From the NCBI GenBank assembly GCA_038046345.1, contig JBBSWJ010000019.1, positions 1 through 51,082 of the forward strand: DNA of 51,082 nucleotides, written 5' to 3'. The notes below the pieces were generated by a model, which saw only the letters and a list, made by a program, of their open reading frames with translations, was not told where the DNA came from and did not search any database. The translations under genes were made by a program, and so were the position numbers. The first letter of the stretch is position 1. Each line of letters begins with the position of its first letter. Source of the DNA: Nanobdellota archaeon. GTDB lineage: Archaea; Nanobdellota; Nanobdellia; SCGC-AAA011-G17; JACPNG01. Below, in pieces: positions 1-10,229 of the stretch.

Positions 1-5
1 ATAGC

Positions 6-13
6 TTTAAATA
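6..13 (+). promoter_or_regulatory. Archaeal TATA box (TTTAAATA), probably driving a leaderless transcript
   Basis: TTTAAATA ends 21 nt before the ATG at 35. The same spacing recurs at 12243-12250, 17813-17820, 34309-34316 and 35815-35822. Confidence 0.55.
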
Positions 14-34
14 ATATAAGGATAAATTTGTTTT

Positions 35-505
35 ATGATAAAAAAATTACTGGCATCAATTGTTTTAGCTTTATTTTTAGTGACAGCATGCGCTAATGTA
101 AGCTATGAAGAATTCAAAGAGGGGGCATATTCAATGCAATTTGTGAATTGGGGCGACAGGGAGCCAGACAATGTTAATATAGCAATGAAGCAAGGAAATG
201 CTTATTGTGATGTTCTAGTATCAAGAAGAGAACTAGGCTCGTTAGGGTTTGAGCTTGGATCTGATGTTGCTTTAGCCTTTATCAAAAACTTACCAGGAGC
301 TACAATACTCAAAGAATCAAAAAATCCAAATGAGGTAAGACTGGAAGTAAAAGCATCATTCAATGGTAAACCAATCAAATCTGAAATAAAAGCAATACCA
401 TGTGATGGAAAGACTTATGCTGTAGCATACACATGTAAAGAACCAAAATTTAGCAAGTTTGAACATGTAAAAACAACTATGTTTAACTCAATGAAGTGCA
501 GCTAA
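35..505 (+). CDS. Small secreted lipoprotein-like protein of unknown function (possible PsbP-like alpha/beta fold)
   Basis: MIKKLL plus hydrophobic stretch ending in lipobox-like LVTAC. Several Cys. The fold guess is weak. Confidence 0.6.
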   Translation: MIKKLLASIVLALFLVTACANVSYEEFKEGAYSMQFVNWGDREPDNVNIAMKQGNAYCDVLVSRRELGSLGFELGSDVALAFIKNLPGATILKESKNPNEVRLEVKASFNGKPIKSEIKAIPCDGKTYAVAYTCKEPKFSKFEHVKTTMFNSMKCS

Positions 506-542
506 CCAAAACATTTAACAAGATATTAAGTTACTAAACTTT

Positions 543-1526
543 ATGCAAAAAAAAGGTGAGATTTCTATAGTGTTCAAGTATGCGCTGGTCTTAGTATCAG
601 GAATAATAATATTAGCCTTCTTTATAGGATTTGCATTTAACATTCAAAGAACTGGAGAAAAACTTCAAGCAACGGAAGTAAGGGAAACTTTAAATGATTA
701 TTTAGTAGCATTATCAAGTTCTAGCTATAATCTACAGACCCCAGCTGACTTAAAGATAAAGACAAGACTTTCATTTAATACCCCAATATGCCAACACTTT
801 ATAGTACAACAACTTAACGGTGTTTCAGCGCCGGCAGAGTATTCTCATATAATCTATGCTCCAAGATCTTTATTTGGGAAGAGTTTAGAAGTATGGAAGA
901 TGGGATGGTTTTATCCATATTATATAACTAACTTTTTCTTCATAACAAACAAAAGAACTAAAGTAGTCTTAGTAGGAGATCAAGAGTTTATTATTGAGCT
1001 ACTTGATGAAATACCACCAAACTTGAATGTAGGCATCGGGAACAGTGTTAATATCAAAGACTATGCTGATGATTCAAAAAATTATGAACATGTGAAAATA
1101 ATTGCTTTTAGCAATGTTCAGCCGCAAGAACAAGATAATGTACAATTAATAAGTATAAAACCATTTGAAAGTTCATGCAGAACACAGGTGGATGGTACTG
1201 ACAAGTTTAAGTGCCATGGAACAATTGCATTTCCAAGTGGTGCAGCAGAATTTTATGGGAAGACAATGATGTATGGAGCGTTCTTTACAGATCATGTAAC
1301 AGATTATGAATGCAATTTTGAGGCTGCAGAGAAACAGTTAAAGTTAGTATCAGCAGTATATGGAAACAAACAATTATTGTTAAGATCTAAACTATCAGGA
1401 TGTGGGCTGTATAATCTCGGGTTTGATTGGTCACAAGATGGGGCTGGATGGAATGAAAAAGCAACTTCTTTATACTCAGCTAATGACCATCTTGGATCAA
1501 GGAGGGATTGTGCATATGTATTCTAA
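543..1526 (+). CDS. Archaeal type IV pilin-like protein (class III signal peptide), large minor-pilin type
   Basis: N-terminus MQKKG/EISIV followed by a long hydrophobic helix. Cys-containing soluble C-terminal region. Confidence 0.65.
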   Translation: MQKKGEISIVFKYALVLVSGIIILAFFIGFAFNIQRTGEKLQATEVRETLNDYLVALSSSSYNLQTPADLKIKTRLSFNTPICQHFIVQQLNGVSAPAEYSHIIYAPRSLFGKSLEVWKMGWFYPYYITNFFFITNKRTKVVLVGDQEFIIELLDEIPPNLNVGIGNSVNIKDYADDSKNYEHVKIIAFSNVQPQEQDNVQLISIKPFESSCRTQVDGTDKFKCHGTIAFPSGAAEFYGKTMMYGAFFTDHVTDYECNFEAAEKQLKLVSAVYGNKQLLLRSKLSGCGLYNLGFDWSQDGAGWNEKATSLYSANDHLGSRRDCAYVF

Positions 1527-2016
1527 AAAAGCTCAAATAGCAATGATAGAACTATTAATGGTGTTAGTGATACTTGGGATACTGATAGGCCTAGGGGTAT
1601 ATGTATATTTTACATTCTTTATATCAAGTGTAAAAGATACAGAAGCAGAATTAGAAATACAGGAAAGCAACACATTGTTAGCTTTTGCAGCAGGGCTACC
1701 AGAACTACAATGCAGCCAAAGAACTGACCCACAGAACTGCATTGACACAATAAAACTATTAAGCGCTATGGAAGTTATAAAGGATAATCCCAGAAAGTAT
1801 TCTGAGCTATTTGGGGATAGGGGGTTAAGTGTGGAGGTAATCTATCCTGAAGTGTCAAATATTGAATGCAGTCAAGTAACCTACCCCAATTGTAAGATAT
1901 TCAAGCTTTTTGATAGGGGCAGTGGTAAAAAAATCTCTGTACCAATACCGTTATATTATCCTACAACTGGGACATCCTATGTAGGCAGATTGATATTAGA
2001 GGTGGTAAATGAGTAA
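1516..2016 (+). CDS. Archaeal type IV pilin-like protein (class III signal peptide)
   Basis: Start re-called to ATG 1516, with GGAGG at 1501-1505. MYSKKA/QIAMIELLMVLVILG is a typical class III cleavage motif. Confidence 0.75.
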   Translation: MYSKKAQIAMIELLMVLVILGILIGLGVYVYFTFFISSVKDTEAELEIQESNTLLAFAAGLPELQCSQRTDPQNCIDTIKLLSAMEVIKDNPRKYSELFGDRGLSVEVIYPEVSNIECSQVTYPNCKIFKLFDRGSGKKISVPIPLYYPTTGTSYVGRLILEVVNE

Positions 2017-2470
2017 GAAGGGGCAGGGGGAGGTTATTGGTCTGTTAGTTATTGTAGTTTTAATAGTAATCATAATGGGTATATTCATTTTTTTTGCTTT
2101 TAGTGGTAATGGAAGTTCTACTGATTCTTTTAAGCGGAATCTCCAAGCAAGCAGACTAGCTGATGCAATATTGCAGTATACTCCTCCATGCCCAGGTGAA
2201 CAAACAAAGGATATAAGAGATGTGCTAAGGAAATGCGATTTTAAGTTAGATAATGAAATATGCGGAAAACCATGCACTAAACTTGTTGAAGAAGAAATTA
2301 AAAATATAGTTAACAGTGTTAACATAGCGCAGTCATTTTATGAGTATGGAATTAAGGTTGAAAAAGAGGATAAAATTGTTCAAATAAGTACTTGCGACCC
2401 CGGAATTGTAGACAGAAGCGTAATAAGCAGTAATACAGTTCTAACAGTAAAAGTATGCAATATTCAATAG
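2009..2470 (+). CDS. Archaeal type IV pilin-like protein (class III signal peptide)
   Basis: MSKKG/QGEVIGLLVIVVLIVII. Overlaps the previous stop. Several Cys in the head domain. Confidence 0.75.
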   Translation: MSKKGQGEVIGLLVIVVLIVIIMGIFIFFAFSGNGSSTDSFKRNLQASRLADAILQYTPPCPGEQTKDIRDVLRKCDFKLDNEICGKPCTKLVEEEIKNIVNSVNIAQSFYEYGIKVEKEDKIVQISTCDPGIVDRSVISSNTVLTVKVCNIQ

Positions 2471-2592
2471 TTTGTTTACACTGATAAGTAATTTCAATAT
2501 AGTAAAATCGCTGGGTATTATTTTCTTAAAACAGCCTAAAACAATAAAATATTGCCACTACATAGGTTTTATGCTCATGCGTAACCATAATC

Positions 2593-2710
2593 TTTATAAA
2601 CTATAACCAAGAATAATGATAAATGAACATAACATAAAGCCAATGTTATGGGACTACAAAAAAAACAAAAAACCGTTAATATGGTATACCAAAACGGAGG
2701 TGTATACTCT
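2593..2710 (+). promoter_or_regulatory. Putative S-layer promoter and long 5' leader with SD
   Basis: TTTATAAA at 2593-2600, inverted repeat CATAACAT/ATGTTATG at 2628-2650, and GGAGGTG at 2696-2702 before ATG 2711. Confidence 0.45.
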
Positions 2711-4984
2711 ATGCAAAAACAATTTATGTTAAGAGCAGCTAAAAAATTTGCTGCACTGTCAACTAGCGCTGCCATGATGGGAGCAACAATGACAGGTGCT
2801 TTAGCTCTTGACTTAGCAGAATATCCAGCACCATTTGTGACTGCTGGAACATACGATGATTCGAACGCATTTGTTGTTGGAGCAGGTGCTGCAGCAGCAG
2901 ATACTTTAGGTGTTAGTGATCTAACAACTGGTCTGCAATTTGAATCGAAGGTATGTACTGCAAGCGGGGGTAGTGTTAGTGTAAGCGGGGGTGTAAGTGA
3001 AAATATTCCATTAGGCATGAATATTTCAGACTCTGCATCTACTACACTGGACCAAGAGCTAGGCGACGACGATATTAGTTCACTTCTAGACAGTAGTATT
3101 ACTTTTAGAGGAAGTGATTATGACGTACAGGAATTAATCGTATTTGGACAAACCACTGGAAGTCCAACAGTTGAGACTTCTTTAACAAGTTCTGAAGACG
3201 ATTATGAAACTGGAATCTTCATTGAAGCACAACGTGACAACTTAAAGTATTACTATGCCTTTGATGAAGCAATTGAACCCAACGCAACAACAGCTTCTGA
3301 CTCGTTACAAATTAAATTTTTAGGTCAGACACTTAAAATAACCAATGTTGCTTCGAACACTAAGTTCACCGCACAAGTAGGTGCTGAGTTCTTTATGAAC
3401 GTTGGTGATAGTGTTGAAGTCGATGGAAAGAGCGTAACTTTAGATAATGTTGGAAGCGGCGGAGCTATAGTTGTAAGTGTAGATGGAGTAACTGAAACAA
3501 TTCCAAGCAGTGGAACAGAAACTGTAAATGGAGTTGAAATTGTAAACGATGAAACATTCTACGAAGATAACAAAGATCAGAGATCTGCAACTGTAGTAAT
3601 CGGAAAAGATGCACAAGAAACATATTCAGATGGTGATGCATACGTAGGTGAGGATAAAGATGATCCTGCCTGGGTATGGAATGTAGCAGGACTTCAAACA
3701 AGCCCTGTATCAGCAACAACCACAAGTGTAACAGCTGAATATACTGGACCTTACTTTGGTGTTGAGAATGATTTCGTGTACAATGACGACTCAGACAACC
3801 CACCAGGCGCAGGTGAATGTATAGACTATCCAAACAACTACGTAAGTATCTGCTTTGATAGTATAAGCGTTCCAGATGACAAGTATATGACTGTAACTGT
3901 TGAACGAGATGGATCATCAGATATTAGTGAAGCACTTGGAGCTTCTTTCACTGGTGTTAACGCAGTATTTATACACACTGCTCAGAGTGAAGGATTAGTC
4001 ATAGATACAAGTCTATTAGCTGTAGTAAATGGTACTAGTACCTCTGATATTAAGACCGAAAAACTATGGCTGTACATAGAAAATGAAACAAGAATTCAGC
4101 TGATATACGAAGACACCAATGGAAGAGAAAGACTTGCAGGCTGGGTAACAGCTGGGCAGGAGACCACGTCTAACTCATCTCAGTTTGCGCACATAAACTA
4201 CGATAACACAAAAGATAGTGATGTCCTAATACATTTGGATAAAACCCAAAACACACATGCAAACGTAAGTGGAAGTTACATCAACCTGACATTTGTGCCA
4301 TTTGATGGCACAGACCTACCAAACAGAAATGACAACATAACTGTAGTGTTCCAGTCCGGCGGTACAACTGGATTTAGCAGACTTGGAACTGTAGCAAGTA
4401 GCGAAGAAGCTGGAGAACTTGTCTGGAGAGGACGGTTATCTAGTGGTGCTGTTTCAGAAAGCGCAATAGGTGCAAAGGATGAAGACCACAGATCTAAATA
4501 TGGTATCATCGTTAGAGATCCAAAATCTAATGGAGCAAGTGATACCGTAGTATTAGACATACCTGGTGACCAAGTAAATGCAAATATAGTAGTTAAAGGA
4601 AGAACCACTGTTGTAGGTGGAGGTGGCAATGAAAATTGTGTCGTTGCTGAAGTAAACCCTAAACTATTATTGCATAACGAAGTTACAAACCCAAGCGCAA
4701 GCAACCTTGTATTAGTAGGCGGGCCATGTGCTAACCCACTTGTAGAAGACCTTGGATTTGGTGTAACATGCGCAGGATGGAGCATGAGCGAAGGAGAAGC
4801 ACTTGTTAAGTTAATTAACAATGGCGATAAAGTAGCACTTCTTGTAGCTGGAACATTAGCTGATGATACCAGAAGAGCTGCTAAAGCACTTGCAAACTTC
4901 CAAGACTATGCCTTTGAAACAACTGAGGTTGTAGTAAGAGGAACTTCATTCAGTGATATCACTGTAGAAAGTGGCGGTCAATAA
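2711..4984 (+). CDS. S-layer protein (Methanococcales/Thermococcales-type S_layer_N and S_layer_C termini)
   Basis: KKFAALSTSAAMMGATMTGALALDLAEYPAPFV...VVGAGAAAADTLG N-terminus and NLVLVGGPCANPLV C-terminus. Acidic and Thr/Ser/Gly-rich, with 8 N-x-S/T sequons, a strong SD and a terminator. Confidence 0.9.
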   Translation: MQKQFMLRAAKKFAALSTSAAMMGATMTGALALDLAEYPAPFVTAGTYDDSNAFVVGAGAAAADTLGVSDLTTGLQFESKVCTASGGSVSVSGGVSENIPLGMNISDSASTTLDQELGDDDISSLLDSSITFRGSDYDVQELIVFGQTTGSPTVETSLTSSEDDYETGIFIEAQRDNLKYYYAFDEAIEPNATTASDSLQIKFLGQTLKITNVASNTKFTAQVGAEFFMNVGDSVEVDGKSVTLDNVGSGGAIVVSVDGVTETIPSSGTETVNGVEIVNDETFYEDNKDQRSATVVIGKDAQETYSDGDAYVGEDKDDPAWVWNVAGLQTSPVSATTTSVTAEYTGPYFGVENDFVYNDDSDNPPGAGECIDYPNNYVSICFDSISVPDDKYMTVTVERDGSSDISEALGASFTGVNAVFIHTAQSEGLVIDTSLLAVVNGTSTSDIKTEKLWLYIENETRIQLIYEDTNGRERLAGWVTAGQETTSNSSQFAHINYDNTKDSDVLIHLDKTQNTHANVSGSYINLTFVPFDGTDLPNRNDNITVVFQSGGTTGFSRLGTVASSEEAGELVWRGRLSSGAVSESAIGAKDEDHRSKYGIIVRDPKSNGASDTVVLDIPGDQVNANIVVKGRTTVVGGGGNENCVVAEVNPKLLLHNEVTNPSASNLVLVGGPCANPLVEDLGFGVTCAGWSMSEGEALVKLINNGDKVALLVAGTLADDTRRAAKALANFQDYAFETTEVVVRGTSFSDITVESGGQ

Positions 4985-5030
4985 AAAAGGTAACCCTTTT
5001 TTATTTTTTTTATTTTTTTTATTATATTTT
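4983..5030 (+). terminator. Hairpin plus oligo-T terminator of the S-layer gene
   Basis: AAAAAAGG-TAAC-CCTTTTTT inverted repeat followed by several T tracts. Confidence 0.7.
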
Positions 5031-5072
5031 TGTATACATAAGATATAAAAACTGTTTATTTTTAAAGTACGC

Positions 5073-5702
5073 ATGAACTACGAAGAAGATTACCATCATT
5101 ACTTACATGAACACTTACTAAAAAATAAAAGATATTACTCTTTTAGAGCCAGATACGCTGCACAAAACTATCTAAAGTATTTACCATCAGGAAAAATTCT
5201 GGAATTTGGTTGCGGGATGGGACAAAACATATTACTACAAAAGAATAGGGCAATTGGATGTGATATCTCAGAGTTTTCCAGAAAGGTATGTGAAGAAAGA
5301 GGGATAAAAACAATAAAGTCAATTGAAGAGGCACCAAAAGTGGATGGAATATTAAGTGTACATGTATTAGAACACCTAGAAAACCCCAAAGCAATACTCA
5401 AAGCCTTTAGAAATAAATTAACACCTGGAGGCAGACTTGTAATTGTACTGCCTGTAGCCTGTAAGAACAAACCATGCCCGCAGAAGAAAATGGATGTATC
5501 ACAACACTTATTTGCGTGGACATTTGGAACTTTTAACAATATGCTTTTACATGAAGGATATAAGGTATTACATAACAGCTTTAATTACTCAAGAGGATTT
5601 TCCATGTTCTATAGATTACCATACCATTTAGCAGTAATTTTGATTAAGATAACAGGGGTATTAACAAATAAAAAAGAAATGATATTCGTTGCAAGAATAT
5701 AA
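5073..5702 (+). CDS. Class I SAM-dependent methyltransferase
   Basis: ILEFGCGMG motif I, GCDIS, and HVLEHLENP. Confidence 0.85.
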   Translation: MNYEEDYHHYLHEHLLKNKRYYSFRARYAAQNYLKYLPSGKILEFGCGMGQNILLQKNRAIGCDISEFSRKVCEERGIKTIKSIEEAPKVDGILSVHVLEHLENPKAILKAFRNKLTPGGRLVIVLPVACKNKPCPQKKMDVSQHLFAWTFGTFNNMLLHEGYKVLHNSFNYSRGFSMFYRLPYHLAVILIKITGVLTNKKEMIFVARI

Positions 5703-5765
5703 ATAATATAAAAGTGATATTATTTGAATAATAAATCTTTTAAACAGAAACAAAAAAGATACACC

Positions 5766-8435
5766 ATGGATAACACAGATGTAATAGAAATAAGAAAAGA
5801 GGCCATTCTAAAAACTGTAAAAAACAAATCTTTAATGGAATACTTACCATATGGATTACTGTTTATAATAATCTATTTAGGATACAAGCTAAGAGTTCAA
5901 AATCTTGTTCATTTAATTGATAGAACAACTGGGCAATACATACCCATAGCACTAGACCCATATTTATTTTTAAGATACGCAGAAGAAATACTTGCCAATG
6001 GAAAATTAGCAGCAATAGACACGTTACGTTATTACCCCATAGGCTATGTAACCGGCGGGGAGAATATACTTTTGTCATACATGATTGTATGGCTTTACAA
6101 AATAATACATGCTTTTAATCCAGAAGCAACATTACAATATGTGGATGTGATCTACCCACCAATAGCCTTTGCAGTGGGGCTTATATTCTTTTTTCTTTTA
6201 GTAAAAAAATTATTTAACTGGAAGATTGCAGTATTAGCATCTGCCTTTTTAGCAACTGTACCAACCTATTTGTTCAGAACAACTGCAGGATTTGCAGATA
6301 AAGAAGCACTTGGCAGCCTGTTACTGTTTGTGTCATTGTATTTATATGTACATTCATGGCAGGCAAAAACATTGAGAAACACATTAATATTTTCAGCAAT
6401 GTCAGGAGTTTCAACAGGAGTAATGGCACTTGTGTGGGGCGGAGTAAACTTCATATGGTTAACAATCGGGGCGTTTGTAATGATTGAGATATTCCTTAAT
6501 AAGTTCACAAAAAGAGATTTCTATGCATACACAGCTTTCTTAATACCATTATTGCTCATTGTGTTCACACAAACAAACAGGTACCCACCACAAGCATTTT
6601 TTGCTAGTGTAAGCTCTGGTATACTGGGCCTTGCATGGTTAACAGCATTAGTGCACTATATAATCTTTGAAAAAAAATGGCTTAAGATACATAAGTATTT
6701 CGATGAAAAACTTCCTGAGGGAGTATCAAGTTTTATTATAGCAGCAGGTATAGCAATAATTGGAACTAGTATTTATTATGGACCAACATTTATCATAAGC
6801 AGGCTAAGAGAGGTTTACATATCATTTACCAGACCGTTTGGAGAGACAAGATGGTCGTTAACAGTAGCAGAGAACCATCAACCATACATCAAAGAGTGGT
6901 TTGATCAGTTAGGTTTGAGATTTATATGGGCGTTTATAATCGGATCAATACTATTTTTTTACTCTATGATAAAAGGAATAGAAATAGCCAAGAAGAAAAA
7001 GTATTATATCACAGCTGCATATGCTTTGTTTGTAATCAGCTTTATCTTTTCAAGATACAGTCAAGAATCAGAATACTTAAATGGTACTGGGCAATTTGCA
7101 TTATTCTTATATCTTGGAGTTTCATCAATGTTTATTATACTGCTTGGATATATTTACCTAAGAAGTTATTACAAAGACAAAAGCGTATACCAAGAGATTA
7201 GAAGCATACCAAAAATTTATGTATTCATGTTTATATTTTTTGTATTAATGCTAGTAGCAGCAAGATCAGCAGCCAGACTATTGTTTATTTTTTCACCAGT
7301 AATAAGCATATTTGCTGCGTATACATTTGATTATGTTTTCATATGGAGTAAAACACTAACAAAACAATGGTCTAAACTGGTAATCTGGGTTGTTATAATG
7401 TTAGTTTTATTCAGCCCAATAACTATAAGCGACAAACTAGGGGAGTACGGAGATAAAGGGATAATCAACATAAAATACAAAGAGGCTAAGGCGATAGCTG
7501 CAGGTACTGGACCAAGTTACGATCCGCAATGGCAAATTGCTATGGACTGGGTAAGAAAAAATACCCCTAAAGATGCAGTATTTGCACACTGGTGGGATTA
7601 TGGATACTGGGTGCAGTATGGCAGCAGAAGAGCAACGCTTGGTGATGGCGGAAACAGCCGCGGTGCTATTAACCATTTTATGGGCAGGCATGTATTAACA
7701 GGGCATTCTGACAGAGAAGCACTAGAATTACTAGCAGCAAACAATGCAACACATCTTTTGATGATTGTTGATGAAATTGGAAAATACCCAGCTTACTCTT
7801 CAATAGGCGCAGATGTTGGTTATGACAGATATTCATTCATACCAGTATTTTCTCAAAATCTTGAAGCAACAAGGGAAGGAAGGGAAGGTGAGGTTATTTA
7901 TACATACGAGGGCGGCGCAGGAGTAGATCATGACATAACCTATAGTGGTACAATATTCCCAGACGGAGCAGCAGGAATTATTGGATTTCAAATCCCAGTA
8001 ATAGTAAAAGATGGAGTACCAACATTCAATCAACCTGTAATGACAGTGGTTTATAACAATCAGCAATTTCTTATACCATTAAACTGTTTATGGTACGATG
8101 GGGATCTAAATCTTTATGATGGCGGGATTGACGCGTGTGTAAGGATGTTAACCGTATTCAACAGCGAAACAGAATCAAATGCGATTGGTGGATTATTCTA
8201 TCTGAGCCCAGAAGTAAGCCAAACAAGATTTACTCACTTGTTCCTATTCGATGAAGAAAATGAATTCTTTAAAAAAGTATATGACGATAGCAGCATGAGG
8301 CCACTTGCCGTATTCCAAGGAAGATTAGTAGGACCATTAAAGATATGGGAGCTGAGTTATCCTGATGATCTTGAAATACCCCCTGAATATTATGGTGAAA
8401 CATTGCCTGATCCTAGAGTACAAGAAGTGAGGTAG
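5766..8435 (+). CDS. aglB: Oligosaccharyltransferase AglB (STT3 family)
   Basis: WWDYGYW motif, LDPY in EL1, TVAEN in EL5, DEIGK (DK-like motif) and many TM helices. First ATG is 5766; the ORF track starts at TTG 5724. Confidence 0.95.
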   Translation: MDNTDVIEIRKEAILKTVKNKSLMEYLPYGLLFIIIYLGYKLRVQNLVHLIDRTTGQYIPIALDPYLFLRYAEEILANGKLAAIDTLRYYPIGYVTGGENILLSYMIVWLYKIIHAFNPEATLQYVDVIYPPIAFAVGLIFFFLLVKKLFNWKIAVLASAFLATVPTYLFRTTAGFADKEALGSLLLFVSLYLYVHSWQAKTLRNTLIFSAMSGVSTGVMALVWGGVNFIWLTIGAFVMIEIFLNKFTKRDFYAYTAFLIPLLLIVFTQTNRYPPQAFFASVSSGILGLAWLTALVHYIIFEKKWLKIHKYFDEKLPEGVSSFIIAAGIAIIGTSIYYGPTFIISRLREVYISFTRPFGETRWSLTVAENHQPYIKEWFDQLGLRFIWAFIIGSILFFYSMIKGIEIAKKKKYYITAAYALFVISFIFSRYSQESEYLNGTGQFALFLYLGVSSMFIILLGYIYLRSYYKDKSVYQEIRSIPKIYVFMFIFFVLMLVAARSAARLLFIFSPVISIFAAYTFDYVFIWSKTLTKQWSKLVIWVVIMLVLFSPITISDKLGEYGDKGIINIKYKEAKAIAAGTGPSYDPQWQIAMDWVRKNTPKDAVFAHWWDYGYWVQYGSRRATLGDGGNSRGAINHFMGRHVLTGHSDREALELLAANNATHLLMIVDEIGKYPAYSSIGADVGYDRYSFIPVFSQNLEATREGREGEVIYTYEGGAGVDHDITYSGTIFPDGAAGIIGFQIPVIVKDGVPTFNQPVMTVVYNNQQFLIPLNCLWYDGDLNLYDGGIDACVRMLTVFNSETESNAIGGLFYLSPEVSQTRFTHLFLFDEENEFFKKVYDDSSMRPLAVFQGRLVGPLKIWELSYPDDLEIPPEYYGETLPDPRVQEVR

Positions 8436-8437
8436 GA

Positions 8438-9925
8438 ATGAAATTTTCAGATAAATTGTTTATACCTGGAATAATAATATTAATTGGGCATTTCTTTTAT
8501 AGATTAATTGACCAGTCCCAAATGCTTAAAGTATTTCCTTTAGATTACACAAATGACTGGGCATCGCACATAGCAAAAATATTTTTTTTGGAAAATTGCG
8601 GATTTTTTCAATATTGCGAGTATTGGTATAACGGGTTTACATTATTTGAATTATACCCACCAGGATATTTCTTGTTTACTTGGTTGATACAGGTTATAAC
8701 AAATAATTATCTTGTAACAGCATTTGTTTCGATGGTACTATTGTTCACTATTGGCTTTTTAATTTTATGGAAACTTGGTAAACAAGAACATCTTAGCAAA
8801 CTAAAAAGAGCAGCGTTTTTCTCATTTTATTTTCTAAATGCAATACCTATTGGAGATTATATAAGACTTGGAAGAATGCCTGAACTGTTTGCATGGGTAA
8901 CATTCTTAGGGTTTGCAACTACCCTATTTTATTTTAGAAATAAAAAACTGAATAAGTATTTTTTTTTAACAAGTATTTTGTATGCAGTTATACTAATATC
9001 GCATCAAACAGTGGCAATATTAGCAAGTGTGTTATGGATTTCAATATTTTTAGCTCAAAAAGAAAAACTAAAAGTAATTGCCGGGTTTTTGCTTGGTGTG
9101 CTACTAAGCTCATGGTGGACAGTTAGATATTTTATAGCATCACAAGGGACATCAACTTATTCTTACGTATTATCGCGGTGGCTCTTTGATTTTAAAGTAT
9201 TGATATGGACTAATATAGCCGCAATGATAATACCATTAGGCACTTTAATTTTATTTTATGGGTATATCAAAGACAGAGATAAAAATGAATTGTTGTTCTT
9301 TGCGCCACCAATGATTATTACATCTTTGGTATTGCTTAGAGTAGTACCATTTATCCCGATACTTAAGTTTGTTTATCCCGATCCTTACTTAAACTTTATA
9401 CTATTTTTTGGATTGTTCTTTTTGCTTACTTCAAATTATAAATCATATAATAAGCTAATAGCCATGGTAATAACTGTGGTGATTATTGTTGGGCCCATAG
9501 CTGGTGTTGCTGTGAATATTGTTAAAACCCCAAGATTTGTAGGTCATGGGGAAGTAGAAGAAAATGCAATAATGGTCTTAAAAGAAGTTAATGGAAGATT
9601 TTTGATGGTGCATAGCCCATACGAGACTCTTTATAGCAAAGCATTTTTTGCTTACGCGCCAATATACCACGGAAAAATAACTGCAGGCGGATGGAATGAA
9701 CAATTTAAACCCAAAGAATACAATCAAAGAATAATCGACCTTGATAAACACATAGAAAGAAAGGATTGTGACAAATTTGAAGAAATAATTTCCAGTTTAA
9801 ATGTAACAGAAGTAATAACCTTTAATGATCATTGTGAAACTTTAATATCTTGCGGATGGAACAAAAAAAGTCAAAAAGGTAATGTTTGTCTCTTTGAGGT
9901 TAAAGGACGAATTTTTACCAAGTAA
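8438..9925 (+). CDS. GT-C-fold membrane glycosyltransferase-like protein (PTPS-related/YfhO-like membrane family)
   Basis: DWASHIAKI...YWYNGFTLFELYPPGYF first loop, about 12 TM helices and a soluble C-terminal domain. Begins 2 nt after the aglB stop. Confidence 0.65.
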   Translation: MKFSDKLFIPGIIILIGHFFYRLIDQSQMLKVFPLDYTNDWASHIAKIFFLENCGFFQYCEYWYNGFTLFELYPPGYFLFTWLIQVITNNYLVTAFVSMVLLFTIGFLILWKLGKQEHLSKLKRAAFFSFYFLNAIPIGDYIRLGRMPELFAWVTFLGFATTLFYFRNKKLNKYFFLTSILYAVILISHQTVAILASVLWISIFLAQKEKLKVIAGFLLGVLLSSWWTVRYFIASQGTSTYSYVLSRWLFDFKVLIWTNIAAMIIPLGTLILFYGYIKDRDKNELLFFAPPMIITSLVLLRVVPFIPILKFVYPDPYLNFILFFGLFFLLTSNYKSYNKLIAMVITVVIIVGPIAGVAVNIVKTPRFVGHGEVEENAIMVLKEVNGRFLMVHSPYETLYSKAFFAYAPIYHGKITAGGWNEQFKPKEYNQRIIDLDKHIERKDCDKFEEIISSLNVTEVITFNDHCETLISCGWNKKSQKGNVCLFEVKGRIFTK

Positions 9926-10001
9926 TTGCCCTGATAATCTCTGCCATAGCAGTAAGAATTAGTTTAAAATTTGATCTAAATAAATTTTTATAAAATAATG
10001 G

Positions 10002-10229
10002 TTAAACCAGTTTAATAAGATCCTCTAAACTTAAATCTGCCTGCCTCATAATGCTCTTTAATGTTCCTTAGCAAGCTCTTTATGCAATAGAACAGGTATT
10101 GTTATTTTTCCTTTAATAGTTTCTTTTTTTAGGATAGCATGACTCCCCTTTGTCCTTACATGTATAAATCCGATCTTAGAAAAGAGCCTTAATTGCATCT
10201 TTACCCGACATTACTGGCAACTTTGGCAT
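10002..10229 (-). pseudogene. hicA: HicA mRNA interferase toxin, two frameshifts
   Basis: Reconstructed MPKLPVMSGKDAIKAL/SKIGFIHVRTKGSHAILKK...PVLLHKELAK/GTLKSIMRQADLSLEDLIKLV. One extra T at about 10180-10183 and one missing G at about 10066. Confidence 0.8.

Noticed and set aside
2575-4821. Antisense ORFs at 2575-3018, 3465-3917 and 4276-4821
   Set aside because: Shadows of the S-layer gene with no motifs. The same applies to the other short antisense or alternate-frame ORFs nested in well-supported genes.
9900-9990. Short minus-strand frame ending ...LILTAMAEIIRAITW*, possibly a gene remnant
   Set aside because: No start or family motif; could be chance.
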